64,000 nucleotides of DNA from contig JBLDXI010000028.1 of NCBI GenBank assembly GCA_047495785.1, positions 1,302,001-1,366,000 on the forward strand, in the 5' to 3' direction. Below the pieces are notes generated by a model. The model was given only the letters and a program-made list of their open reading frames with translations. It had not been told where the DNA came from and made no database searches. Both the position numbers and the translations under genes were made by a program. Below, piece by piece: positions 14,156-26,438 of this stretch. The number at the start of each line of letters is the position of its first letter. The stretch's first letter is position 1. The stretch is from Lepidodermella squamata. Taxonomy: Eukaryota; Animalia; Gastrotricha.

Positions 14156-15834
14156 TCAATATTATAGGTGGAACTCTTAAATTTAGCCTAAATTTAGCCG
14201 CTTGTACTTCTAATACTAAAATAAATGATCATCGTTTAGAGCAAACACATTTCAAACGTTTCTTGAGGCGTAGAGTGCCCAAAATTTCGGCAATTTTTTC
14301 AACAAGCTACGCCAAAGATTATCTGGTTGGACGCTTGTAAAAATTTGTTAATTTTGTGTACGCCTGCTCTCATGTGGCGTTAGCCGGGCATGTGAATATT
14401 TTTATATTCTTGAATCACTTATGAAACAGTCACCTCTCTTGCTATAAATAGAAATATGAATATATATCTATGAAATTTATGGTTCTTCGCTGTTTGTTTG
14501 ACAAGGCGAATTTTTTCTTTTGGCGGGCCGAAATGATTAACTCCTAAACTTTAATACCTGGCCGATAATTATTTGCAGTATTTTTTTGATGAGAAAAAAA
14601 TATACCTATTAATCTGAAAATACTTCCTCTTCGCTAAAAAATAGACACTCGCACACTGAATGAAACGTGTAAATTTTCGCTGCTATTATTATATATTTTT
14701 CTATTGAAAGAAACTATAATATTTTTCCCGAATGATGAAAAGAATTACAGACAAAAGAACTGGTTGAAAGACTCGCTAATTTTACCAATTTCTTGCCGGG
14801 TTTTTTTGCCGCAGCCCGGAGCAGCGCCTATTTTCTCATGAAAATTTGATAATAATATGTTAAAAAACATCAATCAGTTATATATGAATACGGGTCATTT
14901 TCGAAACTCCCTATTTTTCCTCCCTGCTACTCGTATATCTCTCACTCAAATCGAAAAAAGAAATAGAATCAATTTGTCCTCTCTCTATCTCGATGACCAG
15001 CTGCGGTCTGCCCGGTTTTGTCTTGTTGTTATTTTTGAGCGCGTGTATGTGTTACTTTCTCCGAACCAGACGTTATTAAATCATTTAGTGGTCATTCGGC
15101 TCTTTTTGCTACGGTTTTTTCTCGATAACACAAAAACACAACTTGATCGGTTTTCTGCTTTTTCGCTCGAAGGCCCGTGCTTTACGCAAAACTTGATATA
15201 TCGTGTAAAAGTTTAATTGACGACGGTGAGCTCTCTGCTGGTTGTTTTTTTCAAATAATATAGTAGAAAAAAGTTAAATCAGCTGTCGAAAAAAATCGAA
15301 TCTGGTTCCCTTTCGTGACTTTTGTTGCAACTTATTTTTGTGTATGGAAAAAACCTGTTTTTCTAGGATTTCTCGGTATCAAATTTAAAGGCGTAAATTC
15401 TTAATTCATGTCATACCTTGCTAAAAAAAACCAATATAATGTACATCATTTCGCCCTCCTCTCTCATTTCAATTATAACGATGATAAGAGCTGTGTACTG
15501 AATGCCTGTGATGTTGTCAACCAGTGTGCTTGTCTATACTTAAAATAGAGACGATGAGGGAAATGCGTATGCTCGACTGTACCCATTGAACTTGGGCCGA
15601 ATTGATTTTTTACACACTCACACACTTGTTGTAGGCAGAAGTAATGATGAGCGCGCGAGTTTCATTTTCGGACAGAAACAGCTGAACAGATAAGATGATG
15701 ATGATACGCATACTTACACGAATTTAAATATAAATTTATGCTATTAAATTAAATGTTATCACAAAGGCTCTATTTACTGAATCAGTTATGATTTCGTTAT
15801 GTGACATAATATTGGAACGTTTTCAATTAATGTG

Positions 15835-15970
15835 AGTGTAAATATTTTGAATAAAAATCATGAATGACTCAAAAAATAACTGCTTTATTATCCATAAGGT
15901 CCATAATATATACGTCGCTGAGTTGAGCGGACCGAACTCAGCGAAGTATAATATATAAAGAATTAATTCG
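15835..15970. repeat. Direct duplicate of the SARDH 3' end region (20033-20118) with an inserted hairpin
   Basis: 15835-15896 matches 20033-20094 at 59/62. It is followed by the hairpin CGCTGAGTT...AACTCAGCG and then the shared GAATTAATTC. Confidence 0.85.
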
Positions 15971-16139
15971 TATGCCGACAACTGAGATCACGACATCTCA
16001 GATCCGACTACTGATAACGAAAAACCGAGACTAAATCAATTATAATTTCTTTAAATCGGTTAACTGAGACCCCAACAACCGAGACCAATTAATTAATAAA
16101 TTTAATTATTTTTAGGGTGCCAACTTTCATACATAAATA

Positions 16140-16648
16140 CAGTAGACTTTTGTTATAACGAACCTGTGATATAACGAACTTTTGATATAACGAACCAAAT
16201 TTGCTGGCTCGTTCCGAAATAGGCCTTTTTACATGTAAACAACTTTTGATATAACGAACTTCTTATAACGAACTTTTCTCTATAACGAACGGTTCCAGAT
16301 GGCTCGTCACGCTGATGACTCATGTTATTTACCTTATTTATAACGAACCTATGATGCCAGCCTTTGCAGATGAAGGAAAAACTTAGCATAATCGCGAAAG
16401 TCGACGTCGAAAAATGGAAAAATAGAAAACAATCCGCAGCTTTCTTATTAGTAAAAACATTGATGATTCAATGTTTAATGACATCGAGACAACCGCTTTA
16501 TTGAGTTCTCATTCTCGCCAAACTAGCATACTAGACTATTTTGAGTCAAATTGCGAATAAGAGTTTTGACATTTGTTGTAGCGAACTTTCTTTATAACGA
16601 ACCTTTTTGGCTGGCACGGTGGTGGTTCGTTATAACAAAAGTCCACTG
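16140..16648 (+). mobile_element. pogo/Tigger internal-deletion derivative (MITE)
   Basis: 25-bp TIR CAGTrGACTTTTGTTATAACGAACC with TA target duplication; multiple subterminal TATAACGAAC repeats; transposase relics MKEKLSIIAKVD and QTSILDYF-stop. Confidence 0.85.
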
Positions 16649-16959
16649 TATGTATGAAATTTTCAACTTTCATACATATTTTTTTTCCATTAAATTCAAG
16701 CTGAAAACATTAGAGAAATGCCAGATGACTAGGTTTCGGTTTATCAACGTGACATCAACGTGGACAAAGCCAGCGATTCTAAGCATAAGTCCTAGTTTTA
16801 CCATCTTCTGGCCATGCCAGATAGGGTAACTGAGCCAACATCTAGCCGTTTATTCATTTTAAATGTAATTTAAAGCGCGCTAAAGGATAGCTGAAGCAAA
16901 ATGATAGCCTCTTGTCAAAGTCTGAGCCAGAAGAATTGCGTACCTGTCAAGATTATCCT

Positions 16960-17361
16960 CCGATTTATTCAACTGGCCATGCCTAAATTTGCCTTTCGGT
17001 GCTCAAACCGCCCCGGCCTATTGGAACCGTCTGCTCACGTCAGTTCTGCATGACTGGTTTACTGGGCCGCATCGTCGCCACTTATTTCGACAATATCCTG
17101 GTTTTCAGCCCGAATAAAGAACAACATTTTCATGACCGTGCTTAAGCGCATGCGTAAATGAACTTGAAAATTAAGAGTTCAAAATGTCAGCTTTTTAGTC
17201 GCTCCATCAACTATCTTGGCCACACTATTAGCCAGGATGGTTTATCTATTTTCGGGACCACGTTTCGAAGGTCCAGCATTTTCCCGTCCCTACGACGGTT
17301 AGCGAACTCGAGCTTTTACCTCGTTTGCCGGATATTATCGGCCAGTCTGAAACTTTCGTGA
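16960..17361 (+). mobile_element. Degenerate Ty3/gypsy reverse transcriptase fragment
   Basis: Frameshifted LPFGAQTAPA, TYFDNILVFS (YxDD decayed), KCQLFSRSINYLGHTISQDG, FAGYYR. Confidence 0.8.
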
Positions 17362-17467
17362 GAACATAAAAAAGATGAGAACCATTTATATCCAATCTTT
17401 TGTTTCAATTTGCGTCTATCACAAGGGTTTCTAATTTATACCGTAAAAGAAATCAGGCATTTCACAA

Positions 17468-18190
17468 TCAGCGCACTATAGCTCCTTCTGGCTCTGGCGA
17501 AAGTGACGGTAGCAAAGGTCCGTTGCGGGGACTAAAATGATCCCGAATGAAGTTTTCCATGACCATCGCAAGCACCATTCGGCTCTGCATAATCGTAGTC
17601 CCTTCACCTCCAACCAAAACGCCCAAGAGTTCACCACGACAACTTGCAACAACGCCACCAGAAATTCCGTTGTCGCTATGAGCGGTTAGAGATATCTCAG
17701 CACCAACATAAGAACTGCCGGAAACGATTCCGTGAGTGAAGCTGAGACAGGCATTTGGTGATAAGCCTTTGCATCCCAAGATGTAAACGTCGTCGCCTAT
17801 ACCGCACGACCCTCCAACCAAGTTCGCCGGAACTTCAAGTAACGCCATACCAGCAACCGGTTTCAAGATTGACAAGTCTGGAGCAATAGAAAACTTTTCT
17901 AAAACCAAATCAACTTTTTCTCCGGTTGGATATTCGGCGAAAAACTTGGTTGGGCGAGAACTAGGATCGTTAAGATTTATCGGATTGTTGATATGTCCGG
18001 CAGAAATGACAATTTCGTGATCACGGTAAAGGCGAAAGCCAGTTGCATAACTAACTACAGCGCCATTATATTCACAAACAATGCGGAAAACGTGTGGTCT
18101 TAGTTTATGATACACAGCACGGCGGTGTCCCTGCAATGCTTCCACCACAGCCTGTGTTTCAACAGAAGTTTTGCCACTAATAGAAGTCAT
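17468..18190 (-). CDS. Trypsin-fold (Trypsin_2-like) serine peptidase, single coding exon, no signal peptide
   Basis: ATGF, ISAGH (His), PDLSILK (Asp) and DNGISGG (Ser) give an ordered catalytic triad, followed by GELLGV. Splice acceptor TTTTTACTCATAG 17 nt upstream of the ATG. Confidence 0.75.
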   Translation of the reverse strand: MTSISGKTSVETQAVVEALQGHRRAVYHKLRPHVFRIVCEYNGAVVSYATGFRLYRDHEIVISAGHINNPINLNDPSSRPTKFFAEYPTGEKVDLVLEKFSIAPDLSILKPVAGMALLEVPANLVGGSCGIGDDVYILGCKGLSPNACLSFTHGIVSGSSYVGAEISLTAHSDNGISGGVVASCRGELLGVLVGGEGTTIMQSRMVLAMVMENFIRDHFSPRNGPLLPSLSPEPEGAIVR

Positions 18191-18509
18191 TTTAAAACAG
18201 TTAAAGTCTATGAGTAAAAACCGTAATATAGTTAATCAATTAATTTTCTTTGCATACAATCCAGGAAAAATAGAAAATATAGATATATTGAAGAACTCTA
18301 TAGATTGACCGATAACCAAGTTGAATAATAAACATGAGGATTGATATTTCATCAATGGGCGTGCCCAAGCTAGTTACCCTGTTAGAGAAGATAATATTCA
18401 ATGCCCAAAAACCTGCATCATTTTATATATCCACACGAGCACCAGATGTTGATCGCTTGACGATTTAAAAATGTTTGCTGAGTATCAGGCATAGACATAA
18501 TTCAGTAGA

Positions 18510-19254
18510 GATCGCCCACTCGCGTGAAAAAGGGTGTACGCCATGGGCGCCAGATGGTCGGCTGATTCATCAGAGGCTTGGAGGCCAAGTAAACAAAATA
18601 TTCGATTCTTTGTTGTTGGTTCCGATCGCATTCTAGAATGAATTTAATTTTTGTTGATGGTTCCAGATAGGTGACATCCAACCTATTTTCTGCAATTTTT
18701 TAAAGGAAACGAGAGCATAATTTACATTTGTGTCTTTTTGAGATTCAGGTTTGGACTCTTTCCAACCACAACATGTGCATGTGGCGCACGTGCTGTCAAC
18801 AAAGGTTCTGAATTGAATCCTCCACCAAGTCCAGATTTTTATAATGGATGAATTTGATTTTCAAAATTTTCTAGAAAATCGATAAAAATTCATACAAGTT
18901 CGCTCCAAGTATCAAATTGTAGAGCTTGATCTGGTCTACACGGACCACTGAAAAACAGCTTTAATTTCGATTCAATTAGAGGTGTAAATATATTTTTATT
19001 GCATCAGCGAAATTCAATTTCTTTAATTTCAGTGGTTCATATATTGCTCCTATAGTTTTGGAAAAATAACCAGCGTGTTCCTTGTGATTTCACCTATCTG
19101 GAACCATCAACAAAAATTAAATTCATTCTAGAATGCGATCGGAACCAACAACAAAGAATCGAATATTTTGTTTACTTGGCCTCCAAGCCTCTGATGAATC
19201 AGCCGACCATCTGGCGCCCATGGCGTACACCCTTTTTCACGCGAGTGGGCGATC
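18510..19254. repeat. Perfect 165-bp inverted repeat (18510-18674 / 19090-19254), 415-bp spacer
   Basis: The arms are exact reverse complements by direct reading. Confidence 0.9.
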
Positions 19255-19413
19255 CATAGAGCTAGTTTTAATTGTTCAAGAATAATGAGTGATCGAAAAT
19301 CACCTGATTTGTTTACTTTTCCAACCACTCGATGCTGATTCATCACAACATCTCTATGGGCTTTGTCCATGCTTTGTCAGGAGTAGGACCTCTATCTTAA
19401 AACTAGCTCTATG
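19255..19413. mobile_element. Small MITE with 16-bp TIRs
   Basis: CATAGAGCTAGTTTTA (19255-19270) and TAAAACTAGCTCTATG (19398-19413); superfamily not assignable. Confidence 0.6.
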
Positions 19414-20157
19414 TTTTTACCCAATCGATTAGACGTGTTTACACAAGCCAAAAATTCACTTCTTTGCACAACATGAACAAACACGTTACACTTGGCCCGT
19501 TTTCACCCAAAAGATCATCTGTTAACCCCGTTATTTATTCGAAAAATGGGTCCAAAGGTCACTCGCAAAACATGTGCCAAGTTTAGGCCTCTTTTACATA
19601 ATTTATAGAAAATCAAGGTGAGCTCATAAATTGATGAAAAATACAGGTAGCCGCGGGATACTGATATGAAGCCCCAGGATTTTACCTAGAATTTTCAGAG
19701 TTCACCTTGATTTTTGAAAAAATTCTGAAAATCGGCCTCGTTTGTCGACCTTAATACATTAGTGAGTAATCAATCGATCCAGGCAGCATTGCTGCCGGGA
19801 AATTCGAGTTTTTTTAGGAAATTTTCGGGGAATTTTGAAATTTACTGGGGGAAGCGGTAAATTTAAGATTTGCTGCCGGGAAATTCTGTAGATCCTGTAC
19901 GCGTGCCTCAATTAATTGAATATTGCGACATTGAATCTTTTGAAAAATTCAATTGAATAATTAAATAATTATAATTATGTTCGCTAATTTTACTATTTGC
20001 CAATCAGAATTCAGAATTAATTGAAAGTTTTAAGTGTATATATTTTGAATAAAAATCATGAATGACTCAAAAAATAACTGTTTTATTGTCCATATAATAA
20101 TATATATAGAATTAATTCTCAGGCAGAAAAAGCAAAACAAAAATCAGTTTAATTAAT

Positions 20158-23100
20158 TCAGTTGTAAATTCCGCGAACTCGCTTGTTGTCAGCGTCGAAA
20201 AACGGCTTCAGCTGAGGCACGGCAGGAACACGCTGGCCCGGGTAAATTTCCAACTCGTATTTCGCATTCAAGCACCAGTCAGGCGATGCGAGGCCGGCTC
20301 CGTTACGGACGTAACCCGCAGCTAGGAAACGCTTAGTTGACGGCGAGTACGCAGCGCGGCGGGTGTGGCCGACATGTTTCCCTAAATTCGTACTCAAAAT
20401 CAAGCAAAAAACGAGGAAATAATGACAAACCATCACGGAAAATCGGTTCGTGACCGTGCAGAGAAATTTCGGCCGGGACGCTTTCGTGCAACGCGAATTG
20501 AACAAGACGACGCTTGAGGCCGTCTTTCTTCTGTTTTTCCAACGCCGCTCGGCCTAAAAAGTCCTTTTTGGTCGCCAATTTAGCCGTAAAAGCGAGCCCG
20601 GCTTCGAGAGGGGTGTCATCAAGCGAGATATCTTCACCCCAATGCTTGATTCCCTTCTCCATACTGAGCATATCGACAGCTCGGAAACTGCGGAAAAAAT
20701 TCAATAAAATATGGAAAAAGATTAAAAAATAATTTACCCGACTTCTCGAACTCCTAAATCGCGGCCTGCAGATAGAATTTTCTCGTGAACCGCAGGCAAG
20801 GAACTCATTGGCATGTGAATTTCCCAGCCCAACTCGCCGACATAGCTAACGCGCAACATTCGCGTCAAATGACCCCCGATTTTCACCAATCTATGAGTCA
20901 AATACGGAAATTCAACGTCGCCCAATTTGCCACGGTCATCGACGACTTTTTCCAGAACGCGTCGGCTATTCGGGCCCTGGACGCTAAGAATGCCCATGTG
21001 AGGCGTGTAGTCGATTAACCAAGCCTTGAACTTGCCGTCGTGTAAGCGGTCTTGAATCCACGAGTAGGACAATTGAATGGTAGTGCCCGAAGCAGCGATG
21101 TAATACGCTTCTGGATCGGCGAAATTCGGCTGCATTGGCAGACAGTGAGCCGGCTGAACGCGGCAAACCGTCAAGTCATTCACAATTTTGCCTTGTCTGA
21201 GGAAGCAATTCAGATTAAATTCAATAAAATCAACTTTTAAACACTTACTCATTTAGAATACAGCTGTAAATAACTTTTTCATTGCCGTCTTTATCCTTTG
21301 GCTGCGAGACATCAGCTGAAAAAATGTAGTCAGCAGCTTTGGTAGCATCAGGCCCGTAAAGATAGAATTGCCCGAAATAGGACATGTTTATCACACCAAC
21401 ACTTTCACGGCAAGCTTTCATTTCAGCTTCAATCTATAGAAAAAAATCTTTGAAAAATTTGGGAAATAGCTAGTTTTTTCACAAACCCATTTAAAGCTGG
21501 GTGGAGGGTGTTTCCATGTGTAATCAAGTCTCAGACGGTCCCAGTACGAGCTTTCATTCGCCGGGTTACCATACGCAGCGTAGTAATCGTACGCTGGTAC
21601 CTTAGCCGGGCCAAGATCTGGCGTGAAAAAAGCCGGCCTTTCATACCCGCCACGTTGTTGAAAAACAGCCCCGGCGGCTAATTGGCGATCGTAAATCGAA
21701 TCAAACGCGACATTTCTTCCGGCTAGCGACTCATCAAACGGCCATTTCAAGCTATATTTGCTGTAAAACATAATTAAATTTTAGATAAGAAGCCCGATAT
21801 TCAGCAAGTTTTCAACCTTGCGAGAACTTCATGGCAACGTTCTCGAATGAAACCAGGGTGATTTGTTAGCCATTTTGGATGGCGACGGATGTCGTATTTA
21901 TATAAATCGTAATCAGGCCGGCCGTTGATTATCCACTTAGCAACTTGCTCACCGACACCCCCTGATAACATCATACCAGAGGAAGAGAGGCCGCAAGCAA
22001 CCCAAAGGCCTCGAACATCGATTGTCTCACCAAGAACTGGCCTGCTATCAACCGTGAAAGATTCTAATACCTGATAATAAGAAAAGGCTGGGATAGCATA
22101 TAATAATGTTACCTGGACCGCAAATCGTGGTCTTGATGCCAACTTTCTCGACAATAGGCACACGGCGAATTGCACCTTTCATTGTCACGTCAAAGGTATC
22201 GTAGTTGAAACCGAAGAGGGAAAAGCTGAAATCGTGATGTTGGACCTCATCCCACATTTCAGGATTGGCTGCATAAGAACAGCGATTATCAACTTCAGTA
22301 AGCTATCAAAGATCAAACCTTCATAGCCGCCGATAATCAAGTCTTCGCCAACAGAGCGAATGTAGAAGCTTGAATCTTGATCGCGGACGTTCGGTAAATC
22401 TCGATGAGCTCCTGGAACTTTCTCAGTTTGGATGTAAGCGTGCTTTATCGGCATCAGCGGAACGGTGCTTCCAGCTAGCTTAGCGATGTAAGACGACCAC
22501 AGACCACCGCAATTTACGACAGTTCGAGTATTGATCCTTCCGAAATTCGTGACAACACCCGTTACACGTTTGGCTCCATACTCGTCAATAATAGTCTCAA
22601 CGGAATTGACACGGCAGTCAGTAACAATTTTTCCGCCGTTTTTCGTAGCAACTTTCGCCATTGCTTGGCAATAACCGGCTGGGTCGATGTTACCATCATT
22701 AGGACTGAAAACAGCTCCTTGCAGGTCACCGACGTCCATAATTGGGTACATCTTTTTCACATCAGATGGCATCAGCAGATCAGCTTTCACTCCCATACTC
22801 GTGGCGAATGAGGCCATCTTTAAATATTCGATCCAGCGATCGGCTTTGCTTGCAACAAACATGGAACCACATTCGATGTAACCAGTCTCAAGGCCATGTT
22901 CGTTTTTCAGCTCATACATCAGCTCGCGGGTGCGCTGTGACAACTTGGTCTCGGATTCGCTGCCACGAAGGAGCCATTGAATCCCAGCGGCATGCCAGCT
23001 AGACCCTGAAGTTAGCTTGTCTCTTTCCAACAAGACAACACGCTTTGCGCCATGTTTGACAAGATGATATAGCACAGAAAGACCGATGGCTCCACCGCCG

Positions 23101-23276
23101 ATAATCACGACATCACTTTCGGCGGGCACATTACCAGATGCGAATGTATCCTTTGAGCCGTTGGAAAAACTGGAAAATACTACTTATGATAGGAACTGGC
23201 ATAAGCATCGGTATTACCGTCTAGACGGAAGTCTCCAAGCTCGCTGCTGTTTAAGGAAACATCGTAAAATCTTCAT
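20158..23276 (-). CDS. SARDH: Mitochondrial sarcosine dehydrogenase (FAD oxidoreductase plus GCV-T domains), multi-exon
   Basis: Basic N-terminal transit peptide; VVIIGGGAIG; covalent-FAD motif SGSSWHAAG; DGNIDPAG; PNVRDQD; CGPESFT; RVSYVGELGWE; C-terminal KRVRGIY as in SARDH. Confidence 0.9.
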
Positions 23277-24057
23277 TCTGCAAATCTAAAAAAAGTAGCC
23301 GCTGAGGATTGGATAAAATAATAAAATAGTGAATAGTGATGGGATTAATCATGAACCAGACAGATTTATTGGAAGGTTTTCATCGACGTCTGACCGAGTG
23401 TATTGAGGTTTCAGGACCCGAATGAAATAGGTGTGGCAGCGATCCGTCGTACCCTGGATCCTGGTCAGGCGAGGCCACACCGACCGGCAGTCAGCTGACC
23501 TACTGAAAGTAGCGCCAAAACAAGCAAGGTTAGAAAATACGCTTTCAATTTTTATTAGTAGTACGTAATATGAATGCGAATTTGTTTTGTACGTGATAAA
23601 TAAAGTGATATTATCGCCGCATTTTCAGACGACCTCGACGTGGTGGGTCGGGCGAAATCGGCGGTTACAGGATCCAGGTCCTTGCTTACTTGACTCAGGC
23701 GACATACCCTGAAGTACAGGCATGAACTGGTGATGCGAGGCGCGTAAAATGTAGACCACCTGAAAATGAAATAGGCGTGGAAGAAGTGGAGCAATCATTT
23801 GTCTCGTGCAGATTTTTACGAAATTCGGCGTCAGCAGCATTCTGACCAGCAATCGTTGAACCAATCGCTGAACGCTCGTTCATTTTCGTTTGATCAAAAA
23901 TGTTGGCATGTTTCAAGCCACGCTTCTCACTCTTATTGTACAGCAGCCCAACCGGCAAACGCGGCGCAAGGCTTCAACCTAAAATCAAGGGCATCTTACC
24001 TAGATACCGTACTTCTGTTTCCTTCGTTGAATTTTTCCCATAGAGCCAAAGATCTAA

Positions 24058-26438
24058 CCCTAGTTAAAAAACCACAACGCGTTGGCTTGCGATGGCTATG
24101 CATCGGCGATGTATAGTGGATGTATAGCTTAGCGCGTTTACATGCATAGTCGTTGCGTTGTCGATGCGCGCGCATGTGTAGCCGATGCGTTGGAAACCGA
24201 TGCGTCGCCATTGTGAGTTATTCAATTGCCGATGTGTCGAAAGTGCGAGTAATCACAAGTCACTGCCTTGCATCGGCTATACAAGTGAACACAAGCAACA
24301 TGCAACTCATATGCATGTACACGCTGTTGGTGGGCTACTGGGCCTACTGCATCCGCTCGACCTGATGGTACCACTGGCGTACCACTGGTACTCTACCCTA
24401 CCCTACCCTACCCACCCATATTCAGATTTCGCTATCAAATTTAGAAGTCAAAGTCACCAGTTCACACTTCTTTACTCAGAAAAGCGGCTAAGACAACGCG
24501 AAAGAGGTTGCAGAGAGGAGATTAGAATCAGAAACCATAAGACAATAGGATAAAATCGACACAATTTGAAAGGCACAATAGAGGATATTGATCGCAACCA
24601 TGAGCGACTTGTTCACCAATTTCCAGGTGGCCAAGTACACCACCGAAATAACTCGAGTCACTCTGACTTTGAAGAATTCACCGCACCGCGCGCGAAATCC
24701 AAACACCATACCACAGAACCTGATAAAATATTAAATGGCTCAAGATTTGAGTAAAATCCATCAAGTTTACATGTACTTACTTAACATAGCGAACACTTAA
24801 AACATTCATCCTCAGCATCTTTGTTGCCTTCGCCTCAACTTCAACTTAGGTCAACTTCATCATCGTTGTCTTCTTCTCCGTCTTCTTGTCATCGCGTAAC
24901 ACATCTTGAAAAGGGTTTTCATGCCCGATCAAATTTTGGCGCAGCCGGGCAATCTCGTATTGCCAGTCACAAACGCGAAATAGCTCGTTCCGCGGGCAGC
25001 CGGGGCTCGGAAAATAATTCGAAAATTAAAACAGTTATAATCTATACACCAAACGCGCAAGGAAATACTAAAACAACAGGGTAAGGCGTAATGCTTACCA
25101 AGCTCTAAGATGATAAGCGTCGGATGACAGCTAAGGGTTCGAACCCTCCGCCCCACGCGAATCGACAGCCCAGCCAATTACCTCTTCTTCCAGCCTATCG
25201 ATAGCAAATCAATAGTTATGCAGAAATAAGTATCAAGTCTCCACTTACCTGAGACAGCGTGATAGGTTTGAGGCCATTTGAATAATTGCATGCCTAATGC
25301 TTGACACAGACCTAGCTGCAATACACTTTCATAATTTTCAAGAGCAGCAAATTAAAAATTAACTTCAGAACTTGTTGCGCTTAGCCAGGCGCGTCATTTT
25401 AATGGTCGTTCAATATCAAGCATGGCATGATATTGAAAGTGATAAGAATAATCGAAAACTTAGGCCTTCAGCTTTTTAGCTAGCGAACGTTATTTTATGA
25501 ATGACGACGAGCGTAATAAGTAAAAACGAGCGACATGGCTAGCCATAGTGTGGCCAGTCTGCGCGCGTGCCTTATTTTTATTACCCCTAATAATGCGAAC
25601 CGCCGACCCAAAAATGCGAGCAGGTCGCGGCACATTTCAAATCTCAGTAGACGTGGTAGCAAAAGCAAGGCTCGCCTAGGCTAAGCAGCAAAGTTAAAAT
25701 AATTAAATATAGGATGATTAACAAAATACTCGTGACTTCATCATCTGAGAAAGGAATTGGTTTAGAATTGTCTATGATTGATAATGCAATATAATAAAGA
25801 CGCATTAACCGTTTAGAAGAACGCTTGCGTTGTGAGGACAGTTAAACAATTAGTTTTTCCGAAAATGAAAAAGATGAGATGAGATGGTTCCCTAGCGCTA
25901 TAGTTTGGGTCAAATTTAAAACTAATTCAGAGCATGGTGTTGCAGAAGTAGGAGGTTGAACCGTGAGAGGTTGAAATAGCGCTTATTGGGTGGAAAGAAC
26001 AAACAATGCTGCTTTATGAAGATATAATGCGTAGAAGAAACAATAACAGCAAAGTTGGAAACGCAAAATTACAGCTAACGTTTTATTAAGGTGGATTTCT
26101 TAATTTTACAATAATTGATCACTCAAGTGATTTCCATCGATCTCGGATCAAGGCATACAGATTCCGATTCTGGGTATTTTACACCCTCGCTATGCATTGC
26201 CATTCATTTGCTTCACATGCGCTATGCATCTTCTATGCACGTCGATGTGTTGTCGATGTGTCGCAGCAACGTTGCACATGCAACCGCTGTGCACTCACTA
26301 CGCATGTAAACGCGTTGGTTTTCTAGCGTGTACATGCACGCACTATACATTCACATGCATAGCCGATGTATAGCGCCACCGACATGCACGTCAGTGCATA
26401 GTCGATGCATGTACACGCGAAGACTTTTTTCGCTAGGG
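24058..26438. mobile_element. Non-autonomous CACTA/EnSpm(CMC)-like DNA transposon
   Basis: Termini CCCTAGTTAAAAAA / TTTTTTCGCTAGGG with a 2-bp AA duplication. Long ATGCAT/ACATGC-rich subterminal arrays at 24080-24330 and 26185-26420 are partial inverted copies of each other. Confidence 0.6.

Noticed and set aside
18530-18560. WRPW Groucho-binding motif in the inverted-repeat arm as a Ripply/Hairy-type gene
   Set aside because: No other family motifs are present, and the neighbouring putative exons contain stops.
23340-24050. Short overlapping ORFs upstream of SARDH
   Set aside because: No recognisable domain or coherent splice structure; possibly decayed TE.
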